From: Oceanospirillaceae bacterium
Lineage (GTDB): Bacteria > Pseudomonadota > Gammaproteobacteria > Pseudomonadales > Balneatricaceae
Direction: 5' to 3'
Length of the DNA: 64,000 nt
Assembly (NCBI GenBank): GCA_018647765.1
Contig: JABGSN010000030.1
Span: 549 to 64,548, forward strand
The translations under genes were made by a program, and so were the position numbers. Each line of letters starts with the position of its first letter. The stretch's first letter is position 1. Below are positions 37,462 to 49,927 of the stretch, piece by piece. The notes beneath the pieces are model-generated. The model saw nothing but the letters and a program-made list of their open reading frames with translations, had not been told where the DNA came from and ran no database searches.

Positions 37462-38412
37462 TCAAGTTGCGCAAATGCGTCGTAAATCTTCGCAAACCTG
37501 TTTGTGGCCTGCGCAGGGTAGGCGATACAGGGCGCCTTGTTGAATAATATAGCCGTTAATCGCGTCGATTTCTGTAGCACGACCGGCGAGGCAGTCTTGC
37601 AACATCGACGATTTGTTGTTGGCGGTTTGTTGTAATATCCGCCTGCTGGTGTTGAGCAAACCTTGGCCCATCGGCACCACCCCCTCTTTGGCCATCACGT
37701 CTTGAGTTTCTGCACACAATTGTTGCAACCGTGGCCATGCGCTCGGGTGATCAATTAAAGCGCCGTTAGCGCACTGGTAGATGGCCGTTAGTGCATTAAT
37801 TACACTGTTGATAGCCAGCTTGTGCCACAGTGGCACGCGGATGTCGGTGTGCCATGCCAACTTAAGGGTGGGCGGCTGTTCTAGATGATCTAATAAGTCA
37901 TGTATGGCGGGAGGGATTACGGTGTTGTTCAAATGGTCACTAAAGCTGCCAATTAAGGTTTGGCCTACACCCGCACGTATCACATTAAAAGGGCCTTTGC
38001 GCCATGCGCCATCGGTGCTGGTGGCACAATAAATGTTAGCCTTAGGTAATGCCATTTGTAACGCTTGAGCGCTGCCCATACCATTTTGCAGCAATACAAT
38101 GATGGCGTTGTCGGCTAACTGATTGCGCCATGGCAGCACGGCGTCAAGGGTGGCATAAGCCTTACAACAAATAAGCAGGTGGTGGATGACCTTGGGTGGT
38201 TTGGCGGGGGTAAACGCCTGAGGCGTGGCCACCCATGTTTGCTCATAATCCAATAAATGGATACCAGCTGCCGTGTGATATTGATCTAGTTGCTGCTCAT
38301 CCCTGAGTAATAGGCTCACGGGCACACCGTGGTGCGTTAAACTGCTGGCCCAGAGGCTGCCAATAGCGCCAACACCGGATATGTGCCAAGGGTAGGATGA
38401 AAGACGAGTCAT
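37462..38412 (-). CDS. panE: 2-dehydropantoate 2-reductase
   Basis: GVGAIGSL, CCKAY, LLQNGMG, KLAINSVINALTA, SSMLQD...TEIDAING; divergent from yajQ. Confidence 0.9.
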   Translation of the reverse strand: MTRLSSYPWHISGVGAIGSLWASSLTHHGVPVSLLLRDEQQLDQYHTAAGIHLLDYEQTWVATPQAFTPAKPPKVIHHLLICCKAYATLDAVLPWRNQLADNAIIVLLQNGMGSAQALQMALPKANIYCATSTDGAWRKGPFNVIRAGVGQTLIGSFSDHLNNTVIPPAIHDLLDHLEQPPTLKLAWHTDIRVPLWHKLAINSVINALTAIYQCANGALIDHPSAWPRLQQLCAETQDVMAKEGVVPMGQGLLNTSRRILQQTANNKSSMLQDCLAGRATEIDAINGYIIQQGALYRLPCAGHKQVCEDLRRICAT

Positions 38413-38478
38413 GGGTTACAATATTACCATTAAATTTTGTCCCGTATTTTAACCTATTTTTAATTAAGGAATTTACTA

Positions 38479-38961
38479 ATGCCATCATTTGACGTGGTTT
38501 CCGAACTTGACGCCCATGAAGTGTCCAACGCCCTCGACCAAGCTAACCGCGAAGTAACCACCCGTTATGACTTTAAAGGGGTTAATGCGAGCTTTGATCA
38601 AGGTGAAGACATGGTCACCATGCGCGCCGACGTCGAGTTCCAATTGCAGCAAATGTTGCCTATTTTGCACGAAAAGCTGATCAAACGCGGAATTGATATC
38701 CGCTGTTTAGAAGTGAAAGACCCAGAAACCACCAATATGAAGAGTAGCCAAGTGGTCTTGATGAAGTCGGGCTTGGAAAAAGAGTTGGCTAAAAAAGTGG
38801 TTAAGTTTCTAAAAGAGAAGAAACTTAAAGTGCAAAGCCAAGTGCAGGGCGATCAAGTGCGTGTTACCGGCAAAAAACGCGATGATCTACAACAAGCCAT
38901 TGCCGGTTTGCGCGAAGGCGAATTCGACATGCCGCTACAGTTTACTAACTTTAGAGATTAA
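38479..38961 (+). CDS. yajQ: YajQ family cyclic-di-GMP/nucleotide-binding protein
   Basis: MPSFDVVSE, RYDFKG, QGDQVRVTGKKRDDLQ, PLQFTNFRD. Confidence 0.97.
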   Translation: MPSFDVVSELDAHEVSNALDQANREVTTRYDFKGVNASFDQGEDMVTMRADVEFQLQQMLPILHEKLIKRGIDIRCLEVKDPETTNMKSSQVVLMKSGLEKELAKKVVKFLKEKKLKVQSQVQGDQVRVTGKKRDDLQQAIAGLREGEFDMPLQFTNFRD

Positions 38962-39011
38962 CCCTCTCAATTGCTCACTCTTTGTGTACTATAAAAGGAC
39001 TTAAATAGCGT

Positions 39012-40226
39012 ATGACCACTCCAGTAAAACTCGTCAGCTTTGTGGTTTTTTGTGCCTGTTTGTTGCTTGCCGTTAACTTTGGCATGCGTGCGTCGTTTGG
39101 CTTTTTTATGGCACCTATTTCTAACGAATTTGGCTATGGCCGCGAAGTGTTTGCCTTCTCTTTGGCGTTGCAAAACTTATGTTGGGGCTTGTTTCAGCCG
39201 ATTGCCGGTGCCATTGCCGATCGTTTTGGTACGGTAAAATCCATTGTTATCGGCTCGGTCGCCTATGCCTTGGGTTTATACATCACCGCTACCGCCGGTG
39301 ACCATTGGGACTTACATATAGGTGCGGGCATCCTTGTGGGTATGGGCATTTCTGGCACCGGTTTTGGTGTGGTGTTGCCGGCTTTGGCCAGGATGGTGGC
39401 CGAAGAAAAACGTGGTTTTGCCCTCGGTTTAGGCACGGCCGCAGGCTCGTTTGGTCAGTTGCTGGTCATACCCGTGGCTCAAGAATTCATCACCACTTAC
39501 GGTTGGCAAATTGCACTACTTATATTGGCATCAGGCTCTTTGTGTATGTTGCTATTGTCGGTGCCATTTCGCGGTGATGCGCAGCAGCGAAATGCAACCG
39601 GAGCAGATGACCAGCAAACCTTAAACCAAGCGTTAAAAGAAGCCAGTGGTCATGTGCATTACTGGTTGTTGATTGCAGGTTTTTTTGTCTGTGGCTTTCA
39701 GCTGGCCTTTATCACCGTACACATGCCAGCCTACTTGTCGGACAATGGTTTTGGCGCTCATGTCGCCGTCATCAGCTTGTCGCTCATTGGTTTGTTTAAT
39801 ATATTTGGTTGTTTATTGTTCGGTGCTTGGTCTAGCAAACATTCTAAAAAGAACTTGCTGGGTATAATTTATTTTTGCCGAGCCGCCGCTATTGCCGCCT
39901 TTATGTTAGCGCCTATTAGCACCACCAGCGTGTATTTATTCTCCATTGTTACCGGCTTTTTGTGGCTTGCCACAGTACCCCCTACATCCGGTTTAGTGGC
40001 TCAAATGTTTGGTCTTAAACACATGGGCAGCTTGTATGGCATTGTATTTCTTAACCATCAGTTAGGTTCTTTTTTGGGGGTTTGGATTGGCGGTTATTTA
40101 TACGACACCACGGGCAACTACGACAAAGTCTGGTGGGCAGCTGCAATCATTGCGCTGATTACAGCTGCCATTCATGTTGTCATTGATGAGCGGCCAGTCG
40201 CTCGTTTGAGGCTAAGTGTTAGTTAA
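39012..40226 (+). CDS. MFS transporter
   Basis: 404 aa hydrophobic protein; GAIADRFG motif A, GFFVCGFQLAF, GFLWLATVPPT. Confidence 0.9.
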   Translation: MTTPVKLVSFVVFCACLLLAVNFGMRASFGFFMAPISNEFGYGREVFAFSLALQNLCWGLFQPIAGAIADRFGTVKSIVIGSVAYALGLYITATAGDHWDLHIGAGILVGMGISGTGFGVVLPALARMVAEEKRGFALGLGTAAGSFGQLLVIPVAQEFITTYGWQIALLILASGSLCMLLLSVPFRGDAQQRNATGADDQQTLNQALKEASGHVHYWLLIAGFFVCGFQLAFITVHMPAYLSDNGFGAHVAVISLSLIGLFNIFGCLLFGAWSSKHSKKNLLGIIYFCRAAAIAAFMLAPISTTSVYLFSIVTGFLWLATVPPTSGLVAQMFGLKHMGSLYGIVFLNHQLGSFLGVWIGGYLYDTTGNYDKVWWAAAIIALITAAIHVVIDERPVARLRLSVS

Positions 40227-40292
40227 AGCTCTAGCTTGCTACAGGGCACGGTTGAGCAGGGCAGCAGCGTTACACAGGTCGTCCAGATTTAT

Positions 40293-41288
40293 TTAGAGTT
40301 CTTGATCCCGCTGAGCCTGCTTTTTATCCGCTTTAGCCTGGCGTCGCTGGGCAATGGTTTCAATGGCATCAGCGCCAAGGTGACCTTCGCCGCGTTGTTG
40401 GGATAACTCCATTTGACGCTGACGCTCTTCAAAACGCTGGCGTTGGCCCCATGAGTGTTTGTCAAAACAGTGGGGGCAGCTAATGCCTTCTAAGTACTTA
40501 TCGCTGGTTTGTTCTTCTTTTGTAATCGGTAAGCGGCAGGCGTGGCACTGGTCGTACTGACCTTTTTCCAGCTGGTGATTTACTGTAACGCGGTTGTCGA
40601 ATACAAAACATTCGCCTTGCCACATGGTGTCCTCTTCGGGCACTTCTTCAAGGTACTTAAGAATGCCACCTTCGAGGTGATACACCTCTTCAAAGCCTTG
40701 TTCTTTAAGGTAAGCGGTAGACTTTTCACAACGAATGCCTCCAGTGCAAAACATGGCTACTTTTTTGTTTTTCTCTGGGTCTAAATTGTCACTAACGTAC
40801 TGAGGGAATTCCCGAAAGGTGGTGGTGTCTGGGTTGAGTGCGCCTTCAAAGGTGCCTACTTTCACTTCGTAATTGTTTCGTGTGTCTACCAATACCACGT
40901 CTGGGTCAGAAATAAGGGCGTTCCAGTCTTGTGGCTTAACGTAGGTGCCAACCACTTGTTTTGGGTCTATGCCTTCTACACCCATGGTCACAATTTCTTT
41001 TTTGAGCTTCACTTTGGTGCGGTAAAACGGATTTTCGGTTTCAAAAGACTCTTTGGTCACGATGTCTTGCAAACGGTCGTCTTTTTCAAACCAAGTAATC
41101 AATGCGTCAATACCTTTGCGGCTGCTGGCGACTGTGCCGTTGATACCTTCTGATGCGAGTAGTAAGGTGCCACGAATGTTGTTGTATTCCATCACCTTGA
41201 GTAACGGCTGGCGTAGGTCTTGAAATTTTTCTAGGGTGACAAATTTGTATAGCGCACAGACAACAATCTGCGATTGATCTTGAGACAT
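40293..41288 (-). CDS. trhO: tRNA U34 hydroxylase TrhO/YceA (rhodanese-domain, UPF0176)
   Basis: [51 protein letters not shown]. Confidence 0.93.
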   Translation of the reverse strand: MSQDQSQIVVCALYKFVTLEKFQDLRQPLLKVMEYNNIRGTLLLASEGINGTVASSRKGIDALITWFEKDDRLQDIVTKESFETENPFYRTKVKLKKEIVTMGVEGIDPKQVVGTYVKPQDWNALISDPDVVLVDTRNNYEVKVGTFEGALNPDTTTFREFPQYVSDNLDPEKNKKVAMFCTGGIRCEKSTAYLKEQGFEEVYHLEGGILKYLEEVPEEDTMWQGECFVFDNRVTVNHQLEKGQYDQCHACRLPITKEEQTSDKYLEGISCPHCFDKHSWGQRQRFEERQRQMELSQQRGEGHLGADAIETIAQRRQAKADKKQAQRDQEL

Positions 41289-41383
41289 GAGGAGTTCCTT
41301 AGCGAGCCGAAACGTAAATCCGGAGCGGGGGTTTAATGTGAGGCGCTATTCTACGGTATACGCGGCAATAAATCCAAATAACC

Positions 41384-42274
41384 TTAGCTGGGGCTGCGTG
41401 GCTGAACTAAAACAAGGCCTGCTATCATAAAGCCTAAAGCTAGCCACACTAAAGCAGAATGACTTTCGCCTAATATCAACATGCCAAACAATACGCCTGA
41501 CAAAGTGACCACATAAGCCACTTGGCTGGCAAATACAGCTCCGGTTCGACCCACTAGCCAGATGTAACCGGTGTAAGTGACGATGTGTAATGAAGCGTTG
41601 GCCAACATAGCCCATTCCACGGACGTCCACGAGTGGTTAAGGTCTACCCATGAATTTGTCATGAGTGTGATGGGTGTACAAATGCAAAGACCCACTATGG
41701 ACGCACCTCGTAAGCTAGTAAATGGGTCCATGTTGGGTGGTGTTTTAAGCGAAAGATAATTGCCTTCTATACCGTAAAACAACGGTGCCACCAAAGCCAA
41801 TAACATAAACAAACCAAGGCCTCGGCTACTAACATCGGCTTCTGGGCCTAAAATCAATGCAATGGCCACGCCACCTAGGCCAATGCCCAACATACGACGC
41901 CATACAAACTTTTCATTACCAATGGCCAGTGCGATTAACAGGGAAAACATGGGCACCGTGGCTAAACCAATGGCCAGTAGGCCTGCGGGAAGGTGGGACG
42001 CAACGGTGTAAGAAAAAGTATTAGGCAATATAGTACCCACTAAGGCCACTATGGCGTAATAACGGACGTTGACCCACCCCAAAGGTAAGGGTTTATTTTT
42101 CGCTTTGCCTAAAGCGGTAAGCACCACCGCGCCCAAAGCCAATTGCCAAAATATAAGTCCTAGAGGTTGGTAACCCGTAGACACGGCATGCTTCATCATG
42201 ACAATGGTACTGCCCCATACGCTGCCCAGTAATAACAAAAAAGACAGTGCGTAAAAGGAAGGGAGCTTGTGCAT
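41384..42274 (-). CDS. DMT/EamA family transporter
   Basis: 296 aa, about 10 hydrophobic segments, GAVFASQVAY. Confidence 0.85.
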   Translation of the reverse strand: MHKLPSFYALSFLLLLGSVWGSTIVMMKHAVSTGYQPLGLIFWQLALGAVVLTALGKAKNKPLPLGWVNVRYYAIVALVGTILPNTFSYTVASHLPAGLLAIGLATVPMFSLLIALAIGNEKFVWRRMLGIGLGGVAIALILGPEADVSSRGLGLFMLLALVAPLFYGIEGNYLSLKTPPNMDPFTSLRGASIVGLCICTPITLMTNSWVDLNHSWTSVEWAMLANASLHIVTYTGYIWLVGRTGAVFASQVAYVVTLSGVLFGMLILGESHSALVWLALGFMIAGLVLVQPRSPS

Positions 42275-42353
42275 GGGAGTGGTTTATCTATTCGGGCGAC
42301 TAATGTGGGACCACTGTGCATCTATAGCACAATAAAAACAAGGCAAAGATGAA

Positions 42354-42704
42354 TTAGGGTCGCCACTGATACTGTTGCATGTCTACCTTGTGGTTGTGCA
42401 ACCGCACACCTTCTTGTTCAAGCTTTTGCCTTTGGCGCACATAGCCTGCTGTCGCCGGTGGGAAAGCCAGCTTGCCGCTTGCCGTAATGACCCTATGCCA
42501 AGGTAATGACGAATCTTTAGGTAAGTGACGCAAACACCAACCTACCCAGCGCGCAGCGCCTACTTGCCCGGCTAAAGCGGCGAGTTGGCCATAGCTGGCA
42601 ACCTTGCCCATGGGTATGGCGGCAATGGTTTGGTACAACTGTTGGCGCAGCAGCAGTTGTTGGTCTTGTGGCTGTTTCTGCTTTTGTTGCTGGGGGTCTT
42701 TCAT
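42354..42704 (-). CDS. Alkyltransferase-like (MGMT family, Atl/YbaZ) protein
   Basis: IPMGKVASYGQLA, ARWVG, LPWHRV (Trp in place of the catalytic Cys), QKLEQEGV. Confidence 0.9.
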   Translation of the reverse strand: MKDPQQQKQKQPQDQQLLLRQQLYQTIAAIPMGKVASYGQLAALAGQVGAARWVGWCLRHLPKDSSLPWHRVITASGKLAFPPATAGYVRQRQKLEQEGVRLHNHKVDMQQYQWRP

Positions 42705-42761
42705 TTTTCTTGTATGGCCGCATAAAGGAAATACAGTTAACTTAACTAAGACTACATTATT

Positions 42762-43250
42762 ATGCGTTTTCTTTTTGCCTTATTTATTGCCGTGCCCATT
42801 GTGGAGATGGTCGTACTTATTGAAGTAGGCCAACAAATTGGTGCACTATGGACCATTGCCTTGGTATTGCTTACTGCTTTTATTGGCATTAATTTGCTAC
42901 GGTATCAAGGGCTAGCCACCTTAAGCCGAGCTACCTGGCGTATGCAGTCGGGTCAAATTCCAGCCCAAGAGATGTTAGAAGGCATTTTATTGGCTGTAGG
43001 CGGTGCGTTGTTACTAACTCCGGGTTTTGTGACCGACAGCATTGGCTTTTTGTTGCTGCTGCCGTTTACGCGTCAGTTTTTTGCGACGCGCTTGATGGGC
43101 CGCTTTAAAATGTTCTCCAAAGCGAATGCCGGTGCTACCGGTGGTTTTGCTCAAGGCGGCTTTGGTGCTGGCTTTAATGAAGACGAAAGTATAATAGAAG
43201 GGGAGTTTGATGCCCCGCAGAATAGCCACAAGAGCAATAAGATTGAATAA
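42762..43250 (+). CDS. fxsA: FxsA family membrane protein
   Basis: PIVEMVVLIEVG, GGALLLTPGFVTD, IIEGEF; upstream of groES. Confidence 0.93.
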   Translation: MRFLFALFIAVPIVEMVVLIEVGQQIGALWTIALVLLTAFIGINLLRYQGLATLSRATWRMQSGQIPAQEMLEGILLAVGGALLLTPGFVTDSIGFLLLLPFTRQFFATRLMGRFKMFSKANAGATGGFAQGGFGAGFNEDESIIEGEFDAPQNSHKSNKIE

Positions 43251-43284
43251 AGTTTAGTTTTCTAAACATTTTTTGAGGTTTGCT

Positions 43285-43310
43285 ATTGAAAACCTCACTT
43301 CACCCCATAT
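43285..43310 (+). promoter_or_regulatory. Sigma-32 heat-shock promoter of groESL
   Basis: ATTGAAA-N11-CCCCATAT. Confidence 0.7.
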
Positions 43311-43379
43311 CTAAGAACTCGATATTAAAAACAATTCCGGCTTAGCCGGAGATACGTACATTTTAGGAGTACAAACGTA

Positions 43380-43673
43380 ATGAGCATCCGTCCTTTACAA
43401 GATCGTGTTGTTATTCGTCGTCAAGAGGAAGAAGCAACTAGTGCAGGTGGTATCGTGCTACCTGGTAGCGCTGCAGAAAAGCCTAACCAAGGCGAAGTAT
43501 TGGCAGTAGGCCCTGGCCGTATTACTACCAACGGCGAACAGCAGGCTATGAGCGTTAAGGTTGGCGACACAGTATTGTTTGGCCCTTACGCTGGTAACAG
43601 CACAGCTAAGATCAATGGCGAAGAAGTGCTTATCGTTAGCGAAAGCGAAATTTACGGCATCCTTGAAGCCTAA
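43380..43673 (+). CDS. groES: Co-chaperonin GroES
   Basis: [34 protein letters not shown]. Confidence 0.98.
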   Translation: MSIRPLQDRVVIRRQEEEATSAGGIVLPGSAAEKPNQGEVLAVGPGRITTNGEQQAMSVKVGDTVLFGPYAGNSTAKINGEEVLIVSESEIYGILEA

Positions 43674-45362
<1,689 letters not shown>

Positions 45363-45391
45363 TTCATCTCCCAAGCTAACCATTAGCTTCT

Positions 45392-45422
45392 AAAAAAACC
45401 GGCCCCAGTGGTCGGTTTTTTT
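45392..45422 (+). terminator. Intrinsic (possibly bidirectional) terminator after groEL
   Basis: AAAAAAACCGGCC-loop-GGTCGGTTTTTTT. Confidence 0.85.
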
Positions 45423-45482
45423 ATGGCTAAAATTAGCAAGTGTGGTTATATTGATGGTCTAGATTCGGGACATAAAAAGGAC

Positions 45483-46406
45483 ATGGTAATGATCGAAATC
45501 AGCAACTTGGGGAAGCAATATGCCAGTGGTTTTGTGGCGCTAGATAACATTAGCCTGAGCGTTAAAAAAGGCGAAATATTGGCTTTGCTAGGCCCCAACG
45601 GCGCCGGTAAAACCACCCTAATTTCTTCGGTGTGTGGCATTGTAAATCCCACCTCTGGCTCTGTGACTGTGGGTGGTTTTGATATTATTAAAGACTATCG
45701 AAAAACCCGTAGTTTAATTGGCTTAGTGCCGCAAGAACTGACCACCGATGCGTTTGAAACCCCTTGGGATAACTTGACCTTTAGCCGTGGCTTATTTGGT
45801 TTACCTAAAAATCCGCAAGTGGTGGAAAAAGTATTAAAAGATCTGTCCTTATGGGACAAAAAAGACGACCGTATTATGACCCTGTCTGGCGGTATGAAAC
45901 GCCGCTTGCTCATTGCCAAGGCCTTGGTGCACGAACCGCAAGTGCTGTTCTTAGATGAGCCCACAGCCGGTGTAGACGTGGCCTTGCGGCAAGACATGTG
46001 GCGCATGGTGGATGAACTTCGTCATCAGGGTGTCACTATTGTACTCACCACCCATTATATTGAAGAAGCCGAAGCCATTGCCGATCGTATCGGTGTCATC
46101 AGTGGTGGTAAGTTGGTGCTAGTGGAAGACAAGAGCACGCTTATGGCACGTATGGGCCAAAAGCAACTTAAAGTAGAGTTGATGGACACGCTAGAGGTTT
46201 TACCCAAGGTACTAGAAGAGCAAGGGTTCTGTTTGGCCGACGATGGTCTCAGTATTGTGTATCACTACGACAAAGATGCCGAAGAAATAGACATTGGTGG
46301 GTTACTACAAACCGTAACCAATGCTGGGCTGGGTGTGAAAGACATCCACACACAACAAAGTAGCCTAGAAGAAATCTTTGTAGATCTCGTGGAGGACGCA
46401 GCATGA
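45483..46406 (+). CDS. ABC-2 transporter ATP-binding protein (YadG-like)
   Basis: [28 protein letters not shown]; start refined to 45483 (AAAGGA RBS). Confidence 0.92.
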   Translation: MVMIEISNLGKQYASGFVALDNISLSVKKGEILALLGPNGAGKTTLISSVCGIVNPTSGSVTVGGFDIIKDYRKTRSLIGLVPQELTTDAFETPWDNLTFSRGLFGLPKNPQVVEKVLKDLSLWDKKDDRIMTLSGGMKRRLLIAKALVHEPQVLFLDEPTAGVDVALRQDMWRMVDELRHQGVTIVLTTHYIEEAEAIADRIGVISGGKLVLVEDKSTLMARMGQKQLKVELMDTLEVLPKVLEEQGFCLADDGLSIVYHYDKDAEEIDIGGLLQTVTNAGLGVKDIHTQQSSLEEIFVDLVEDAA

Positions 46407-47164
46407 ATGTAAGAGCCATATGGGCCATTTACTCATTTGAGATGTCGCGTACTAAACGCACGGTGACTCAGAGCATCGTGTCTCCAGTACTGTCTACCGT
46501 GCTTTATTTTGTGGTGTTTGGTGGCGCCATAGGTTCACGTATCGAATCCGTAGACGGCATCAGTTACGGCGCCTTCATCGTGCCCGGTTTAATCATGTTA
46601 TCTATTATGACGCAAAGCCTGTCTAACGCGTCGTTTGGTATTTATTTTCCGCGTTTTTCGGGCACCATTTATGAGGTGCTGTCGGCGCCTGTATCGTTTT
46701 GGGAAGCAACAGTAGGTTATGTGGGTGCGGCTGCGACAAAATCGCTGATTATTGGTTTGATTATCCTTGCCACGGCAGGCTTTTTTGTACCGATTCAGAT
46801 TGCCCATCCGTTTTGGATGTTGGCATTTTTGATATTAACCACCATTACCTTTAGTCTGTTTGGTTTTCTAATTGGTATCTGGGCCGATGGGTTTGAAAAG
46901 CTGCAATTGATTCCGTTGCTTGTGGTCACGCCGATGGTGTTTTTAGGTGGTGCTTTTTACTCTATCGACATGCTGCCTAGTGCTTGGCAAACGGTGACGA
47001 TGTTTAACCCTGTGGTGTATCTGATCAGTGGCTTTCGTTGGAGTTTTTACGAAATATCCGATGTTAGTGTGGGGGTTAGTTTAGGCATGGTGATGTTGTT
47101 TATGGGTATTTGTTTAGCCCTTATCGGCTGGATCTTTAAAACCGGCTACCGACTCAAGCAGTAG
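46403..47164 (+). CDS. ABC-2 transporter permease (YadH-like)
   Basis: [30 protein letters not shown]; ATGA overlap with the ATPase gene. Confidence 0.92.
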   Translation: MNVRAIWAIYSFEMSRTKRTVTQSIVSPVLSTVLYFVVFGGAIGSRIESVDGISYGAFIVPGLIMLSIMTQSLSNASFGIYFPRFSGTIYEVLSAPVSFWEATVGYVGAAATKSLIIGLIILATAGFFVPIQIAHPFWMLAFLILTTITFSLFGFLIGIWADGFEKLQLIPLLVVTPMVFLGGAFYSIDMLPSAWQTVTMFNPVVYLISGFRWSFYEISDVSVGVSLGMVMLFMGICLALIGWIFKTGYRLKQ

Positions 47165-47186
47165 CACCTGCTAGGGGTTAGTTGAA

Positions 47187-48089
47187 TTGAATAACAGTAT
47201 TGATAACCGAAAAGGCATCTTTTTAATGCTTGCTGCGATGGCGGGCTTCACCCTAGAAGACTCCTTTATTAAGCAGCTTTCTAGCACCATCTCCATTGGT
47301 CAGATTTTGATGGTTGTTGGCTTTTTTGGCACTGTATTTTTTGCTCTTTTGGCCCTCACCCGAGGACGTAAAATAGCTGTGCCTAGCGTTTGGACACGGG
47401 CAACTATTGCTCGGATGGTTGCAGAAACTATTGCCGCTGTGGCGTTTGTTACGTCATTGTCCCTTGTGCCTCTATCAACGGTGGCGGCGGTGTTTCAAGT
47501 TACTCCGTTAACCATCACTATGGGCGCTGCACTATTTTTAGGTGAGCGAGTGGGGTGGCGTCGGTGGACTGCCGTTGGTGTGGGTTTTAGTGGTGTGTTA
47601 CTTATTATAAGGCCTGGATTTACAGGTTTTGATCCATCGGTTTTGTGGGTGCTGGTGGCGGTTTTAGGGGTGGCTATTAGGGACTTAGTGACTCGCGCTA
47701 TTGCTAAGACTGTGGAATCATCTATCATTTCTTTTCAAGCGTTTGCGTCTCTGTCAGTTACGGGTGCATTGATGCTCTTGGTTAGCCCCCAGGGTATTGC
47801 TCCGATGGCGAACAACGAATTAGTTTATTTTGGCTGTGCTATCGTTTTTAGTGTGGCGGGTTATTACGCCATTGTGGCGGCAATGCGGGTGGGGGATGCC
47901 TCTGTGGTCTCGTCTTTTAGGTATACAAGGCTGCTGTTCTCGCTATTAGTGGGGGTATTTGTTTTCAACGAAAGCGTGGATGTGCCCACGCTCATTGGGT
48001 CTGCAATTATTATAGCCACAGGGCTGTACACATTTGTAAGAGAGCATCGCGTAGTGATGGATAGGCGAGAATACGGTTCGCCGCTATAG
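47187..48089 (+). CDS. DMT/EamA family transporter
   Basis: LFLGERVGWRRW, LLIIRPG, VVSSFRYTRL. Confidence 0.88.
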   Translation: MNNSIDNRKGIFLMLAAMAGFTLEDSFIKQLSSTISIGQILMVVGFFGTVFFALLALTRGRKIAVPSVWTRATIARMVAETIAAVAFVTSLSLVPLSTVAAVFQVTPLTITMGAALFLGERVGWRRWTAVGVGFSGVLLIIRPGFTGFDPSVLWVLVAVLGVAIRDLVTRAIAKTVESSIISFQAFASLSVTGALMLLVSPQGIAPMANNELVYFGCAIVFSVAGYYAIVAAMRVGDASVVSSFRYTRLLFSLLVGVFVFNESVDVPTLIGSAIIIATGLYTFVREHRVVMDRREYGSPL

Positions 48090-48148
48090 GCCTTTTGGAC
48101 AGGCAAGGACCGGCTTTCAATGCTAGTTACCACGAAACGGCGAGCGCT

Positions 48149-48349
48149 TTACTCCGGCATCAGTAGCTCGTGACCTACTACTTCGTCCATGAGGCCATAG
48201 GACACCCTATAGGTTTTACCCTCTAACTTAATTAAAGCATAATTTTTGCACATTTTTACTACGGTGCAGTTAATAATATTGCCTTTGTCGTTAACCCGTA
48301 CAATATTGTAGTTGTGTAACGACAGGCTGGCGGTGGAGGAATGGGTCAT
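48149..48349 (-). CDS. Small hypothetical protein, possibly SH3/KOW-like beta barrel
   Basis: 66 aa; ATGA overlap with the thioesterase stop; alternating hydrophobic beta pattern ending YRVSYGLM. Confidence 0.45.
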   Translation of the reverse strand: MTHSSTASLSLHNYNIVRVNDKGNIINCTVVKMCKNYALIKLEGKTYRVSYGLMDEVVGHELLMPE

Positions 48350-48783
48350 TTACTCTCGCTCAAGGCTGCAAATTTAGCCACAATAGAATCGGGTATAACG
48401 CAGCTCTTAAGAGCCTTGTAGTCATAATATACATTTAAACCTTTACCCTGCGCTACTAAGCGATTTTGCCTCGTGCTCCATATCTTGTGGTCTAACTCGA
48501 CTTTTTTGGCACCGGTTTGGGTGGCAGTGCTGAACACTAACAAAGTGTCTGGGTAGGTCACCGGTGCCAGATAATCACACTGAATAGAGGCGAGTATAGG
48601 CCCGATATGGAGCTCGCTCATGTCGCTGGTCATACCAAGTTTTTCAAACAAGTCGATACGACCGTCCTCTATATAACGGATGTAAACGGTGTTATTAACA
48701 TGCTGAAAGGCATCCATTTCGCCCCACTTTACTTTAATCTCGGTGGCTACGGTGTATTGCTGTTCGAGTGTGTGTAAATCCAT
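48346..48783 (-). CDS. Acyl-CoA thioesterase (4HBT/YbgC hotdog family)
   Basis: WGEMDAFQHVNNTVYIRYIEDGR, CDYLAPVTYPD. Confidence 0.9.
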   Translation of the reverse strand: MDLHTLEQQYTVATEIKVKWGEMDAFQHVNNTVYIRYIEDGRIDLFEKLGMTSDMSELHIGPILASIQCDYLAPVTYPDTLLVFSTATQTGAKKVELDHKIWSTRQNRLVAQGKGLNVYYDYKALKSCVIPDSIVAKFAALSESK

Positions 48784-48795
48784 GTTGTTGTTTTC

Positions 48796-49800
48796 CTATT
48801 TAACTTCAAAACCGTGGGCGTAGGGGTCGCTTGGGTCGACAATAATGCGGTTATAACCGGTGACTTTAGCCCAGCCCTGCACGCTGGGCATGATGGCGGG
48901 GTATGGGCCCACTTGAGTGGTGGATTCTACGCGCCCAATAAATTGACTGCCGATAATGCTTTCGTGGACAAACTGTTGGTCTGTTGTTAGCCGGCCTTGG
49001 GCGTGTAATTGCGCCATGCGAGCACTAGTGCCGGTGCCACAAGGGGACCGGTCGATAGCACCACTGCCATAAAATACCGCGTTAGACGCGTTAGAGCCCT
49101 CCCTTTGTGGCTCACCCGTCCACATTACATGGCTTATGCCATTAACGCTGGTATCCTCGGGGTGTATACACGTGGCCACTTTATTAACGGCTTCGCGTAT
49201 CAATGGGCTGTAACGCAATACTTGGGCGGCACTAAACTGGTGCAGGCCAGCAAAGTTGGCTTGTGGTTCAATAATGGCGTAATAATTACCACCATAGGCA
49301 ACGTCGATCTTTAGCTCGCCTAATCCTGGGCAGTGGATGACTACAGCCTGGTGTGCGAGGTAGCTTGCCACGTTAAAAATGCGCACAAATTCAACCTGAC
49401 CGTCATCGTCCTGTTGGTATTCTATACGAATAACACCAGCTGGCACCTCTAAGGTGAGTTGGCCTGCGACCTTGGGGGTCCATAAACCTTCTTGCAATGC
49501 GGTGGTGACGGTGCCGATAGTGCCATGACCACACATGGGTAAGCAGCCACTGGTTTCAATAAACAAAATGGCGCCGTCATGGGCGGGGTCACTGGGCGGG
49601 TAAAGAATGGAGCCCGACATCATGGCATGGCCCCGGGGTTCAAACATCAGTGCAGTGCGAACCCAGTCGTGATGGGTTAAAAAATCCTGCCGTTTGGCGC
49701 TCATGTTATCGCCCACCAGCTCGGGCCCACCTTGGGCCACTAAGCGCACGGGGTTGCCACAGGTATGGGCGTCTATACATTCAAAAATATGCGGTTGCAT
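48796..49800 (-). CDS. 4-hydroxyproline 2-epimerase (proline racemase family)
   Basis: IDAHTCGNPVR, LMFEPRGH..MSG, SGCLPMCGHGT and DRSPCGTGTSA (Cys/Cys catalytic pair); start refined to 49800. Confidence 0.85.
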   Translation of the reverse strand: MQPHIFECIDAHTCGNPVRLVAQGGPELVGDNMSAKRQDFLTHHDWVRTALMFEPRGHAMMSGSILYPPSDPAHDGAILFIETSGCLPMCGHGTIGTVTTALQEGLWTPKVAGQLTLEVPAGVIRIEYQQDDDGQVEFVRIFNVASYLAHQAVVIHCPGLGELKIDVAYGGNYYAIIEPQANFAGLHQFSAAQVLRYSPLIREAVNKVATCIHPEDTSVNGISHVMWTGEPQREGSNASNAVFYGSGAIDRSPCGTGTSARMAQLHAQGRLTTDQQFVHESIIGSQFIGRVESTTQVGPYPAIMPSVQGWAKVTGYNRIIVDPSDPYAHGFEVK

Positions 49801-49927
49801 GGTCTTCAATTCTGCCTTTGTTTTTTGCGCATCATGCTTTTCTTGCATGGTACAATGGAACTACAATTTTCACCTAACCTTGTAAGTGGGCTGGCTTATC
49901 AGTCACCACCTCAGAGACTCGTAACAC

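Noticed and set aside
41290-41345. Possible structured RNA leader upstream of trhO
   Set aside because: Only weak pairing is visible; it cannot be supported without a covariance search.
43330-43352. CIRCE element upstream of groES
   Set aside because: The TCCGGC-TTA-GCCGGA hairpin does not match TTAGCACTC-N9-GAGTGCTAA; a sigma-32 promoter explains the regulation.
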